Of a stretch of DNA of 64,000 bases, positions 1 through 12,104 are shown piece by piece; the stretch's first letter is position 1, and the number at the start of each line of letters is the position of its first letter. The stretch comes from Octopus sinensis (lineage: Eukaryota), in NCBI RefSeq assembly GCF_006345805.1, contig NC_043016.1, positions 27,156,001 to 27,220,000 of the forward strand. The letters run 5' to 3'. The notes under the pieces are model-generated. The model did not search any database, was not told where the DNA came from, and worked only from the letters and a program-made list of their open reading frames with translations. The translations under genes were made by a program, and so were the position numbers.

Positions 1-42
1 AAAGAAAATATGACTGATTTTACATGTTTATTCCTCTTGCAG

Positions 43-239
43 GAAGGGCTTTATGTGCAAGCAGTGAGCACTCCTTTACAGCGAGCCACTTCTGAAGAAA
101 GTCTTAACAGTAGCAAAAGTTCCGCAGTCCCGAATATAAATGTGGAAAATTATGCCACTACAGACCTTCGGTTTAGCAAAAATGCACCTGTCAGGAAACA
201 AGTTGCAATGATCAAATCAGAAAAAGATCCTAGGGATAG
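43..239 (+). CDS. SIPA1L: SIPA1L-family Rap-GAP, internal coding exon (first in window)
   Basis: Acceptor ttcctcttgcAG at 41-42 and donor GT at 240-241. Encodes EGLYVQAVSTPLQRATSEESLNSS...KDPRD. Phase 0 in, phase 2 out, compatible with the 3712 exon. Confidence 0.8.
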
Positions 240-1030
240 GTCTGTGTGTTTTTTTTCTTTTCTTTTCTTTATTTTTTTTTTATTTTACATTGCTTAATGT
301 TGTATTTAAAATAAATTTTATTTTATAAAATTTCATTTTAACCCAATCCTCATTGCCAAGCCTTGAAGCTATGGCTGAATACACTTGTTTGTCTAAAGTG
401 TGTGCATAGCAGAATTGAACCCAGCACCATGTGACTGCAGAGTAAACTTCTTTAGGCACCCAGTCGTACCTGCTTAGCTTCTACCCCTATAAACGTTATA
501 GACCTTTCCTCCTAAGCACAAATGATTTATTGAACAAATCTTCTTTCACATACCGTTGTGCTGCTCTCTTTCTCCCCCCCACTCTCTCTCTTGCACACAC
601 ACACCCACCCACACACACACACACCCACACAATGACTACAGTGGCATCTGGTCCTCTGGCCTAGAAAATTGTTTAACTACCTTTGTACTAAACACTGCAT
701 GTAATTTTTCCTCTCAGAACCTGTTTCTTGCTTCTGGAACCTCTCCTAACTCTCAATTCCCTTACAGTCAGCAATCTGCAGAAGTTCATATTAAATCTCA
801 TTAATTATACATATGTATACAAATACACACACACACACATGCACTTGATTTGAACTTTCTATTTGTAAAACAGTATTTTGGATAGAAAGTTAAGAAGCTA
901 CTATTTATAGCTTTATCTACTTTGAATTCTATTGTTAAAAACAAGTTAAATATTACATGTTCCCCGAAAGTTTCTAAAGTCTTATGACATAAACAAAATA
1001 TTTACTTATACATATATATATATATATATA

Positions 1031-1198
1031 CTACACTCATGGAGTGGTTGGTGTTAGGAAGGGCATCCAGCTGTAGAAACACTGACAGATCAGACTGGAG
1101 CCTGGTGCAGCCTCCTGGCTTCCCAGACCCCGGTCGAACCATCCAACACGTGCTAGCGCAGAAAACGGACGTTAAACGATGATGATAATGATGATGAT
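1031..1198 (+). mobile_element. 5'-truncated RTE 3' end
   Basis: CTACACTC..GGAGTGGTTGG..TTAGGAAGGGCATCCAGC...(GAT)n, same as the LINE 3' UTR at 39090-39254. Confidence 0.85.
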
Positions 1199-1210
1199 AT
1201 ATATATTTAT

Positions 1211-1409
1211 AAGAAAATTAGATGTCAAAGGAATATCTTAAGAACTTCACTAGCTTACAGTTGTTTCTTCTGTAAGATGCGGTGGACTCTGATGAAGCTA
1301 TAAGGTGTTACTCAGACACTCAGCTGTGAGTCCACTGCATCTTATAGCAGAAACAGTTGTAAGCTTATGAAGTTCATAATCACTTATTCCTTTGTCATCT
1401 CATTTTCTT
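1211..1409. repeat. ~200-bp palindromic element
   Basis: Arms 1211-1235/1385-1409 and 1243-1289/1328-1374 are roughly 80-90% reverse complements. Confidence 0.85.
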
Positions 1410-2299
1410 ATTACTGTTCTGTACTTGAGTAATACTTCGTTTTGAAGCATATGTATATTGAGTTCTACACCAGGTTGTTTGTATTGCAACACATAACCAA
1501 AGAATATATATATATATACAATCATCATCGTTTAATGTCCATCTTCCATGCATGCATAAGTAGGACAGTTGACAGGAGCCGGCCAGATAGAAAAACTACT
1601 CTAGGCTACTGTGTCTGTTTTGGCAGAGATTTTACGGTTGGATTTTACCAACCACTCTGCAAAGTGTTTTTTATGTAGCACTAGCACAGATGAAGTCAGT
1701 TTCAGCATGATTTTTACAGTTGGATGCCCTTCCAAATGCCAATCACTTTATAGTGTGGTCTGGATGCTTTTAATGTGGCACCAGCACTGGCAGAGTTACC
1801 AAGTAACTCACAAGATAAGGAATTATGAGAGGAGCATTTGAAGAGGGGGACTTGTGCCAGACAATGAAAGGTTAGAGTGAAACAGAGAAATAGAGAGGCA
1901 GAAATAGATGTCTCGCTATAGAGGAGGTACATGGTTACCTAGTAAGATAGAGAATTAGTGAGAGGTACAAGAAAGAGGCCAGAAACAAGTGTGCTGATGT
2001 AAAGGAGATACTTGGTTACCTTGTCAGAAGAAAAACAATAGAAGAGAGAGAGTGACCAAAGGCAAGAGAGAGAGAGTAGGAAACAGCAAAAGTGGAAGAG
2101 AGAGTAAAGAGATGATAAGTAACAAGAAAATGAGCGTAGAACCTGGGTAGAAAAATAGGGAGTGAATGTTGGGGGTGTGGGGATCAGCAACACAGCGAAC
2201 AGGGCAATGAGAGCAAGAAAGAGGATTGGAAAACAATCGCAATTTATGAAGAGGAAATGTAAAGAAGAGAAAGATGCAGTTAGAGGAGAAGTTGTAGTT

Positions 2300-2870
2300 C
2301 GGTTTCTTAGGGTAGATTGGGTGAAAAGTGTGTTGTTACATGTGGGTGGGACTCAGTTTTGTGGATGGGTCTTCACTAGAACCTCATATTGCCAAACACC
2401 TCGGTGGACTGTCATTTCCTCCATGAGCCCCAACATCCTAAGATCATTCCTCACCACTTCATCCCATGTCTTCCTGGGTCTCCCTCTTCCACAAGTACCT
2501 TCCACTTTCAGTGACAGGCACTTCTGTATACAGCTGTCTTCACTCATATGCACCACATGTCCAAACCAACGCATTCTCTTCTCCTGCATACCACATTTAA
2601 TCCCTCTTATGCCTAACTTTTCTCTCAACACAATTATGCTTTGCTGGTCATGCATACTGGTGTTGCAAATCCAACAGAGCATACTACCTTCATTCTTTTC
2701 CATCCTACGCATGTCCTCCACAGTCGGTGCCTATGTTTTACTACCATATAACATAGCCGTTATCACACGTGCAATCATACAATCTACCTTTCACCCTCAG
2801 AGAAACAATCCTTTTGCTGCCAACAGAGGTAGTAGTTCTCTGAATTTCCTCCACCCTGATCTTATACTTT
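2300..2870 (-). mobile_element. Older RTE LINE fragment (RT C-terminus)
   Basis: ORF 2353-2721(-) contains MRWFGHVV...GTCGRGRPRKTWDEVVRNDL, homologous to the young copies. Confidence 0.85.
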
Positions 2871-3711
2871 TGGTTTTTGCATCTGGTTTGCACACATGCA
2901 TACAAACAAACAAAGGGAACACGGCTCTGATAAACAGACTGTCAACAACTATTGAGATGGTTGCCAGAAACAATGAAAATTCTGGAAGGAAAAATATATA
3001 TAAATCAATTGAATGGAAGTTGAAGCAGTGTGTTAGTTAATAAGGCAAAATGACTCTCCCCAGACACAGTAATGTGTGTGTGTGTGTGTGTATTGTTGCT
3101 ATTGTGTAAAAGTGTTGTAAGTCCAAAATGAAAATGGAAAAATAGTTTCACCATTCTATAGCAAAAGCATTGTACTGCACTTTGACAGTTTTTGATATCT
3201 TGCCAAATAAGTAGCCAGAGATATGATAGTTTAACAAAAAGGAAGTGGCTATTGCAAGCAAAAATATTGAAACAAAAAATGCATTTGGACATACAACAGT
3301 TTAACATAATAGTAATGATATATATACAATGTGGTTGTGTGATCATTTACTGGTGACAGCCATTGGTCTGTCATTGTGATAACACATACACACATAAGTA
3401 TATTCTTTTATTATTAGTTCTACTGAGACTTTAATCAATTAGGAACTAGAATGTTAAAACATTCATTAATTTGCATCATGTCTCCATCAGTGCACTGTGT
3501 TCAATGTCAAATCATTTATCTGCTGATAGCTGTGTTTACTTAGCTCCAAGTAGACACCAGTGTGTGGTAGATCACAGTGTGAATGTGTGTTTTATATTCT
3601 TCCCATCTCTGCTTTGTCAAGATATAAATTTGTCTTAAATCTGCTTAAATTTGTGTAATATGTTATCAGTTTTCTTTCTTTCTTATTTATTTCCTTTTTT
3701 TTTTTTCAAAG

Positions 3712-3869
3712 ACTCTCTCCAAGTGTGCGAAGTGATAAATCCTTAGTGTCTCCTCCAACCAGGCGAAAATATTCATCCCCATCACCTAACTCCCGAATTC
3801 CGTTAGTGGGGTCCACTGCTTCATTAGAATGGTCAAACCTTGTGAATGTTGCAACAAAGGCAATAGAAA
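3712..3869 (+). CDS. SIPA1L: SIPA1L-family coding exon
   Basis: Long poly-T acceptor (AG 3710-3711), donor GTAAGT at 3870. Encodes (R)LSPSVRSDKSLVSPPTRRKYSSPSPNSRIPLVGSTASLEWSNLVNVATKAIE(S). LEWSNLVNVATKAIE matches the recalled SIPA1L motif LDWxHLVDAAKAFE. Confidence 0.9.
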
Positions 3870-4210
3870 GTAAGTGTACATTTTGATTATTTCTAAAGAA
3901 TGTTTTATTTTTTCTTTCTTTTTTTCAGAGTTGGTACTGAATTGTGTCTGGGTGATTTCTGTACGTGAGGTACATATGTTGTAGAATACATGTGTTGAGA
4001 AATACATGTAGAGTGTGTGGTTAGGTTTATTGGTGGGTTATGTATGAAGTGAAAACATGTAAGGGAGTGAGGTAGTCTGTATGGAAGACACATGGTAAGC
4101 TATGCATACTGAAAGACATGCATTGAAAGTGTTTGATAAGTAGTATAACGGTGAGTTACCTATTTATATGGTGATTATTCTCCCGAGTAGACTTCGTAAT
4201 CAACATCGGT

Positions 4211-4606
4211 TACTCTTTTACTTGTTTCAGTCATTTGACTGCGGCCATGCTGGAGTACCACCTTTAGTTGAGCAAATCGACCCCAGGACTTATTCTTTAT
4301 AAGCCTAGTACTTATTCTATCGGTCTCTTGTCGAACCGCTAAGTTACGGCGACGTAAACACACTACCATCAGTTGTCAAGCAATGTTGGGGGGACAAACA
4401 GATACACAAACACACACACACACACATATATATACATATATACGATGGGCTTCTTTCAGTTTCTGTCTACCAAATCCACTCACAAGGCTTTGGTCAGCCC
4501 GAGGCTATAGTAGAAAACACTTGCCCAAGGTGCCACGTTGTGGGATTGAACCCGGAACCATGTGGTTGGTAAGCAAGCTACTTACCACACAGCCATTGCT
4601 GTGCCT
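4211..4606 (-). mobile_element. tRNA-derived SINE family A (head + internal TA/TG microsatellite + 3' body)
   Basis: A-box TGGCTGTGTGG, B-box GGTTCAATCCC, shared 3' body ending (AAGAGTA)n. Many copies in the window. Confidence 0.88.
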
Positions 4607-4714
4607 ATTGGTCACCAATTTATAATGTGTTCAAACTTGGAAAAGTGAATAAATATAGATGTTTATTGAGTGGAAATCTATGGTGATAAACCCGTCACTT
4701 GTAACTTAATTATA

Positions 4715-4890
4715 AGTATTATCATCATCATCATGTGTCCGCTTTCCATGCTAGCATGGGTTGGACGGTTCAACTGGGGTCTGTGAAGCCAGAAGGCTGC
4801 ATCAGGCCCAGTCTGATCTGGCAGTGTTTCTACGGCTGGATGCCCTTCCTAACGCCAACCAGTCCGTGTGTGTAGTGGGTGCTTTTTACA
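4715..4890 (-). mobile_element. 5'-truncated RTE 3' end
   Basis: Matches the 3' UTR subtype of the 39397-43879 copy. Confidence 0.85.
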
Positions 4891-5625
4891 TAAATCTTAA
4901 CTATACATAAATCTTAACTCAGGCTGAGTAAACGCTGTGATAAATTATACACTCCAAGACACTGAACGTGCATGTATGTTGAAGATGAATAAAGCTTGCT
5001 CTTTTCCACCGCTATAATAACAGTTTCATAGTTGCAGAAGTAAATTTCATTATAAAATTTATATTAATTAATTCTTCCATACTAAGCTACTAGAGTTTTA
5101 CACAAGAAATCAAAATAACCTTGTTGAATTAAGTAATAGACATGGCATAACAATAGCCAATATCTCAAGAGTGAGTGTCGTGGAAATAAGCGACAGCCAA
5201 TGAACACTGAGTGTGAATGTCATGGAGTCGATTGACAACCAACGATCACTGATTAATCTCTCAAAAATCAGGGTTTTTATAACTGCTCATACCTGAATTC
5301 TAGGAACCATATTTCCTGAAAGATTTCTCTTTGACGAAAGTTTAGAATTCAAATATGGGCAGTAATTTCAACCAATGGGAAACTAACAATTATACCTATT
5401 TGGGCAACATGACCGTTATGTCGTATTACCACTGATTAAAGGTTTATAATGACTTACGTCACTGCAGTAACAATGGATCTCTTGTACAACACTTAACTCG
5501 TTCATGCTTGTATATGTGTGCACATACAAATAAAACTACATAAACATTCACAATACTGTTGACACATCAGATGCACACTAGTCCGGTCCTATGTTATACT
5601 GACATACACAAACGATACGTTACAC

Positions 5626-5804
5626 CAGTGCTTTTCAAACTTTTTGCTGGAGCGGAACCCCAAGGAAACATTCCACTGGCTCGAGGAACCCCTGTGCAAT
5701 AATTTAATAGTTTTATGCACACATATCTGCACAGGAGAATTAAAAATTACTGCTGATTTTAGCAGTTTTGTAACTTCTGGCGGAACCCTGGTTGAAAACC
5801 ACTG
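5626..5804. mobile_element. hAT (Charlie-like) MITE
   Basis: TIRs CAGTGCTTTTCAAAC / GTTGAAAACCACTG. Perfect 8-bp TSD CGTTACAC (5618-5625, 5805-5812). Confidence 0.9.
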
Positions 5805-6056
5805 CGTTACACAATGACTCACACTGTTACACTGTTGTGCACACACATTATGTAGATGCACCATGCATAACATCATACACACAATATTATACTGTATGTG
5901 GTGTGTGTGTGTGTAAATGTATAGTGTTGGTATACACAAGCATACTATACACCCACCCACATCACCAGACTCTATACACACCTAACCAGTATGTATAGGG
6001 AACATTATTTTCACACGTGGATGAACTTAGATTATTTGTATTTTATTTCTCTGCAG

Positions 6057-6150
6057 GTACACAAATGAAGAATCAAAAACAGTCAAGTGAACAAGTATTA
6101 CAAGCAAAAGAGAAAAATGAACTCTTAACTCCTCAGAATAAAGACAAAAG
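6057..6150 (+). CDS. SIPA1L: SIPA1L-family coding exon
   Basis: Acceptor ttttatttctctgcAG (6055-6056), donor GT 6151. Phase 1 in, phase 2 out, open frame TQMKNQKQSSEQVLQAKEKNELLTPQNKDK that links the flanking exons. Confidence 0.85.
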
Positions 6151-6175
6151 GTACAATTTTATCTCAACTTCTTCC

Positions 6176-6403
6176 TTAACCCTTTAGTGTTTAAACCGGC
6201 TGTATCCGGCCCAAATATTCTACACATTTTATGCTCAAACTGGCCAGAACCAGCATCTCACACCTACCCTGCAATGTCATTCTAAAAATAAGCAAATTAT
6301 ATCTTTCCTATCTTGAAGCTACAAAATAATATTAGATAAATTTTTTAAATGTGAATAAATAAGGATTATTTTTGTCAAATTAATATGAATGCTTAAGGGT
6401 TAA
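6176..6403 (+). mobile_element. piggyBac-like TTAA MITE, family 1
   Basis: TTAA-CCCTTTAG...CTTAAGGG-TTAA. Homologous copies at 9383 and 36924. Confidence 0.8.
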
Positions 6404-8181
6404 GGATGTTGTTAGACTTTGTAAAGGGACTGTACTCTTTTATTTGTCTCAGTTGGGCATTTATTTTTATTGACCCTTATTTGTTGAAGTGACTAGGTAA
6501 CAGACAGCACTGAAACTAGAAACATAACCAACACCAGTTTTCATTCTGGTGTGAAGAGAAACATGCATTCATGCGCGCACGCACACACACACACCTTTCC
6601 TTCTTTTTTTTCTGTCTGTCTTTCATGCTGGTGTGAGTTTAACAATTTGATGGGATCCAATGAGTTTGGTGACTGAATCATGCACCAGTGTCTACTTTTG
6701 AATAGTTTCTATGTCTGGATGCCTTTTGCAATGACAACCACTTTAATACTTGAAGTGGGTGTTTTTTTTTTTTTTGTCATGGCGCAGCACTACTGAAATT
6801 GTCAGGCAGCTTGCAAGACTAAAATCCCCTTCAATTGAGTTGGGCTGCAGTAGAGAAGGAGGTAACTTTAGTCAAGGAAACTAGAGCATAAAGTACAAGA
6901 AAAAGAACCAGATCAGAACAAGTTTCTTCCTGTAGGGAAGCTACTTATGACAGGAAGGGTATTTCATTGTAAAACATACCTTTGTAATACATTTCTCTAA
7001 CTAATGGGAAAGTGGACATAAAATGAATGTGTGTATGACAAGCATCTGCTCACTTTCCATTTGCCAAATTCCACTCATTATTAGTCGATCTGGCATTTGT
7101 CTAAGGTTATGTACTCAGATTAAGGCTAAATTCTTAACCATGTATACCTGCACCTGTGTTGTGTGTGTAGTAAATCAAAAGATTTAACTACAGAATTTTT
7201 AATGGTATGTATTCAATTAACCTTGGGATTCTTGGTTCCTAACAAGTGCCAGCAGAAGGATTTGAAATCAGAACAGAGATGGATCAAATTTAAATAATTT
7301 GAAAAGTGCATATAATGTAACACCTTAGCATCTCATTTAAATTTGCTGTCCTCAGATGTAATGATAACTTATATAATTGTTGCAATAAATGTTATTACAT
7401 GAGAAGTGAGTAGTGTTACATAGCAACAAGTGTTGTTAGCTAATAATAAATAGCGTTACTTAATAAGTGGTGCATAGTATAGAAGTCAGGTGTCTTTATT
7501 TTGATTCTCAGTTGTAGCCATTTCACTTGGGTAGCATTATCAATGGCCCTAGGGAGAGGCATGAACATATCAAAAATTTATGTTTTATCCTATAAAACAC
7601 GTAAGTTATGCATATTTGACACATTGTACATGTTATGATTATATGCATGAACTTACATGTAACAAATGTGAGGTGCCAGGCAGCTTGTCTATAACAAGAA
7701 CTTGCTCTTCTCTCATACCTTAACCTTCACCGCCTGGCACAAAGCTGTATCCCTCCCTCAGGGTTTGTAGTATTATGAGCTGCAGAGTCCTTTCAGAAGT
7801 GCACACTGTACACACTAAGGTAGTTGATGTTAGGAAGGGCATCCAGCCTTAGACACTGGAGCATGATGTAGTCTTGGAACCCTTTGAATATTACACAATG
7901 TTGATGATGATGTAGCAGATATGTAAAACACAGAATGTGCACATAGGCATATATGAAGCATATATTAGAATCATTCACATTCTTACAATGATTATACATA
8001 CATACAACAGAAACACACTCAACATGCAGCATACATAGAAATTCATACAAATATGAAAATATGCATTTGCACATAACACATTTGCATTACACATACGTCT
8101 GCATGCATAATACAAGTTTGTGCACACAAACAACTTAAATTTGTTATCATTTGCTTTGATAATTATTTTTTCTATATTCAG

Positions 8182-8269
8182 TATGTCAAGAACAGTTGTA
8201 TCAAATCCACAACAAAGAATCAAAGAACTGGAACAAAAAGTACAGCAAACCTGTAATGATTTAGATAAG
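8182..8269 (+). CDS. SIPA1L: SIPA1L-family coding exon (start of C-terminal coiled coil)
   Basis: Acceptor ttctatattcAG (8180-8181), donor GT 8270. Encodes (S)MSRTVVSNPQQRIKELEQKVQQTCNDLDK. Confidence 0.88.
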
Positions 8270-9382
8270 GTTTGTAATTATATTCCATATATTCATGATA
8301 TTTTCTGTTTGTGTTTAAATATATTACCTTAATCTTTATAGTGCTAACATTATAAAGAGCTGTTCTAATAAAACATATTCACAGTTGATATATACTTTCA
8401 GCTTTTCTATATGCTATATATACTGTTCTTTGTTCTCCACTTTTTACCAATTTTGCCAAGTCTGTCTTCAGCTTTTATGGCTCTAACTAATGTACCATTC
8501 CACCACATGTTATTTTCTGCCTGGTTAGGGCTTTATTACACCCAGATGTGCTCTATTGCTTATAATTGATTTTCTTCTAGTAACCCATAGCTTCCTCCAT
8601 GTTATAAGTTGCTATTTACTTCTGATCATACGTGTCAACTGCTACTTTGAACCTACTTCTTGCCAAAAGGTCTTTTGGCTTTTATAATTCTTTCTTCAAG
8701 CAGTCGTATGTCTCTAAATCTTGAAATGTTAACCACTAGACTTATGTTGAGTTTTACACTCTTCACTGTGCTAGTGGCATGTAAAAAGCAACATTTGAGT
8801 GTGGTTGATGCCAGTACTGCCCTACTAGCCTCCGTACCAGTGGCACGTAAAAAGCACCCGCTACACTTCACATTTCTGATCACAGAACATAGCATAGGCA
8901 AACTCTTACTTTCAGCTTTTCTATATGGTATATATACTGGAACTTAGCTTCTCTTCTGGCTTTCTGATATTGTTCTTTGCTCTCCACTTTCTACCAATTT
9001 TGCCAAGTCTGTCTTCAGCTTTCACTGAGGAAAGCATTATTATTCACAATCTTCTGTCTTGTAGTTCCTGGTGTGTCCCCATTTGATTAGTAGGGAGTCA
9101 AGTGACTAGTCAGTTTCTTAAGTAAGTGTTGTAAATGGATCAGGTCATTTGTGTCATAAAACTCCAAGATCATTTACCCTTCTCATTCCTCATACCATAA
9201 TCTTACTTTCCATATTTTACTAGAGTAGCTAACATAGTGTTACCCAACATGTCTATTAATGTGACCAGCCATTTTAATAAGGTTGCTGTCATCTGTTTTC
9301 AAGTTGGTCTGGAAGAGAGCCTGAAAGATTCAGTCCTTATGCTTATCTACCATTCCTAATTGTGATACATATGTAAAGTTAA

Positions 9383-9610
9383 TTAACCCTTTAGCATTTA
9401 AACCGTCCATATCTGGCCCAAATATTCTACATGTTTTATGTACAAACTTGTTAGATCTAGCCTCTTACACCTACCCTATGATGTAATTTTAAAAATATAC
9501 AGTCACATCACCAAAATCTTGAAGTTGTGAGACAATACATGATTATTTCAAAACAATGTCAATAAATAAGCATTACATTTGACAGAGTAATATGAATGCT
9601 AAAGGGTTCA
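9383..9610 (+). mobile_element. piggyBac-like TTAA MITE, family 1
   Basis: TTAACCCTTTAGCATT...AATGCTAAAGGGTTCA. Confidence 0.8.
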
Positions 9611-9832
9611 AGCTATGGAGTTGCTTGTGACTGGATTCAACTTAAATATTCCATCACTTACTATACCTGAATAATTTTATCTGTTCCTTGCCTGTGAGGA
9701 ATCTGGTCGAGGTGTTGTGTATGTAGGTATATATGTGTGTATAATTTTGATTCTTTTATTAGGGTATTTTAAGCTATTAATTTTTATTTACTGATAAAAT
9801 ATAACTTAAAACAAATAATTATGTTATTACAG

Positions 9833-10054
9833 GAAAAACAAAAGAATTCTCAGTATGAATCTGAAATAACCAAATTACGAGCTGAAAATCAACGACTCCA
9901 AGATGAATCTCAAACAGCTGCTACAGAGTTACGAAGATTTACAGAATGGTTCTTCAACATTGTTGATAAGAATTGCTTACAACAATCACCGACAGGACTT
10001 TCACAATTTATGCAAGCTGGTTTCTCAGAAAAGAATATAGATCGACCATTATAA
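9833..10054 (+). CDS. SIPA1L: SIPA1L-family terminal coding exon
   Basis: Acceptor ttattacAG (9831-9832). EKQKNSQYESEITKLRAENQRLQDESQTAATELRRFTEWFFNIVDK matches the recalled SIPA1L C-terminus (LxxENxRLQEESQxAxxxLxKFTEWVFNTID). Stop TAA at 10052-10054. The paralog cannot be resolved. Confidence 0.92.
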   Translation, partial: EKQKNSQYESEITKLRAENQRLQDESQTAATELRRFTEWFFNIVDKNCLQQSPTGLSQFMQAGFSEKNIDRPL

Positions 10055-10240
10055 AGCTTTACATATGTTTATTTATCTCACAATAAAACTAATGAAAGTA
10101 TATATTTGTGTATATGTGTATATAATATAAATGCATGTGTAAATTGTATGTCAGTGTGTGCGTACACACACACATATATGTATATATCACTTTGTGTATG
10201 TATATTCATCACAGTATGCTTCTGTGTATGTGTGCATGTG

Positions 10241-10284
<44 letters not shown>

Positions 10285-10929
10285 TCACAGTATGTTTGTG
10301 TGTGTGTGTGTGTGTATATTACTGTATTGTATGTTTTCATTTTTCTACCCTATCTCTTTTTAATTGGGGCTAACTTTTAGGGACAGTCAGACAGACACAG
10401 GGCGTGTGTTTGAATGTACGATGGGTATTTGTTCTGTTGGCAGTGATATAGGAGTTACAGATAGATGTTGTTGAAGTTAGATAATGCATGCCAACCAGTG
10501 TGCTGAATAACTACCTGCCATAGAAGCCCTATAGTTGAGCAGGGATTTCAGCTCTACTATGCAATGCTAGCCAATTGAATGTTGATACAGATTGGTGGTT
10601 AATTAAATTGGTACTGGTACTCAATTTGTGTACTAGTCTTTTGTTTTATCAAACCTGGAAGGATGAACAGCAAAATTAACAATGGTAGGATTTAAACTCA
10701 GAGTATAAAGGACTAAATAAATTTTGCAATAATACTCTAATGCTGTAACAATACTGCTGGTCCCCTGCTCTATTGTGTGCGAGCATGTGTTAATGAGTGA
10801 TGAGAGAGAAAGAGGCTTGTATATAAACTCTGTATATGTATATATCTCCCTGTGTGCGTGTGTTTATATCAACATATGTAATGAATATGTACGTAGATAT
10901 TTTCACATCCTCCTTTTTTCTGGGTTAAG

Positions 10930-12090
10930 ACGTCTGTTGGTTGGGGTGGGGGGAGGGGTGAAGACAGCAGAATTTTATATGTCCTCTATGTTTGAGTGAC
11001 TGGCTGCAACTGATGGCTTGTGAAAAACCGTGCAAGATTTCATGTGTAGACAGGAAGTAGTAGGAAAGAGAAATTAAGTACAGGAGATGAAATAGAGGAA
11101 GAGAGGCAAGTAAGGGGAAGGGAAAAATTGAGGTGAGAAGGGGAGTTGAAGAATGAGGATGGGATTGTTGAACTGACAGGAGGTGTAAGAGTAGATGGAA
11201 CAGTGTTCGTGTAAATCTGTCTCCCATGGTTCTGAGTTTGAATGCAAAATTCTATTTTCTTGTGTGTGCAAATCCCTGATGTGCAGAAATTTCACACACT
11301 GATAAGTGGGGTAATGGAATGGCCTGCTGAGTTGGATGAGGAACCAGTTCATCTAGCTTACATGGAGAGTGCTTCAGATGTACTCACAAAAGTGATCAGT
11401 AAGGTGATAGCTTGTTTTCCCCCACTGTAAATTGTGCAGCAAAGTTTGCACATAATGCAATATTCATATAGATATGTGCAAACTTTGCAGCAGTCAGAAG
11501 ATGCACAAGTTCTGAGTAATGTGTTAGACCCAATGATGGTTGTAATGTTGCTAGTGTATGAATAGGTGTTTCCTCATGGTGAGCACATTTAAATATACTT
11601 GGTTGTGTATTACTGGGAATTTGCTGAAGTTCCTATCCTTTTTGGAAAGGTAAGGATAGATGGTGCAAGCCGGATGGCAGTGGTTCTGGGATTAGAGAAT
11701 AAGATCTGAAAATTAAGAATGAGTTTGTGTTTCAATGGAGATTGAGAGAGTAGAATCCAGTCTTAAAGTGTGCATAAAGAAGGAAGGTGGGTGGGGACAT
11801 AGTTGATGCCCCAGGAGCTGGCAGAATGCAAGGTCCACAAGTGACCAAAGTTATCCATGATTCACATTGGAATTTGAAATCCAAATCAATTGAGAGAATG
11901 GTATAGCAGATTTAGTGTGCTTGGGATGAGAAATGTTGTGGAGATGGAAGTGGGATTCTGTAGGTTTGCAGTGGACAGGTGGATATTGTTGATAGTGATT
12001 GAGATGTTGAGAAAACTGATGTGTTGGATACAGTGGAGGTAAATTCCAAGCCAGGCTAACCTGTCTCCACCCACTCTAACAAAACAAGAT
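10930..12090 (-). mobile_element. Penelope-like element relic (RT thumb + GIY-YIG)
   Basis: Minus strand FLNISITINNIHLSTANLQNPT (cf. FLDI.I......L.T..Y.KPT), CIMCKLCCTIYSG (GIY-YIG cysteine region), FAFKLRTM (cf. IFKLGTL). A non-coding part is repeated in inverted orientation at 12625-12830. Confidence 0.65.
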
Positions 12091-12104
12091 TCTATTTTCC
12101 ATTT

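Noticed and set aside
2162-3040. 292-aa ORF on +
   Set aside because: Largely the antisense frame of an RTE RT fragment. No splice or homology support.
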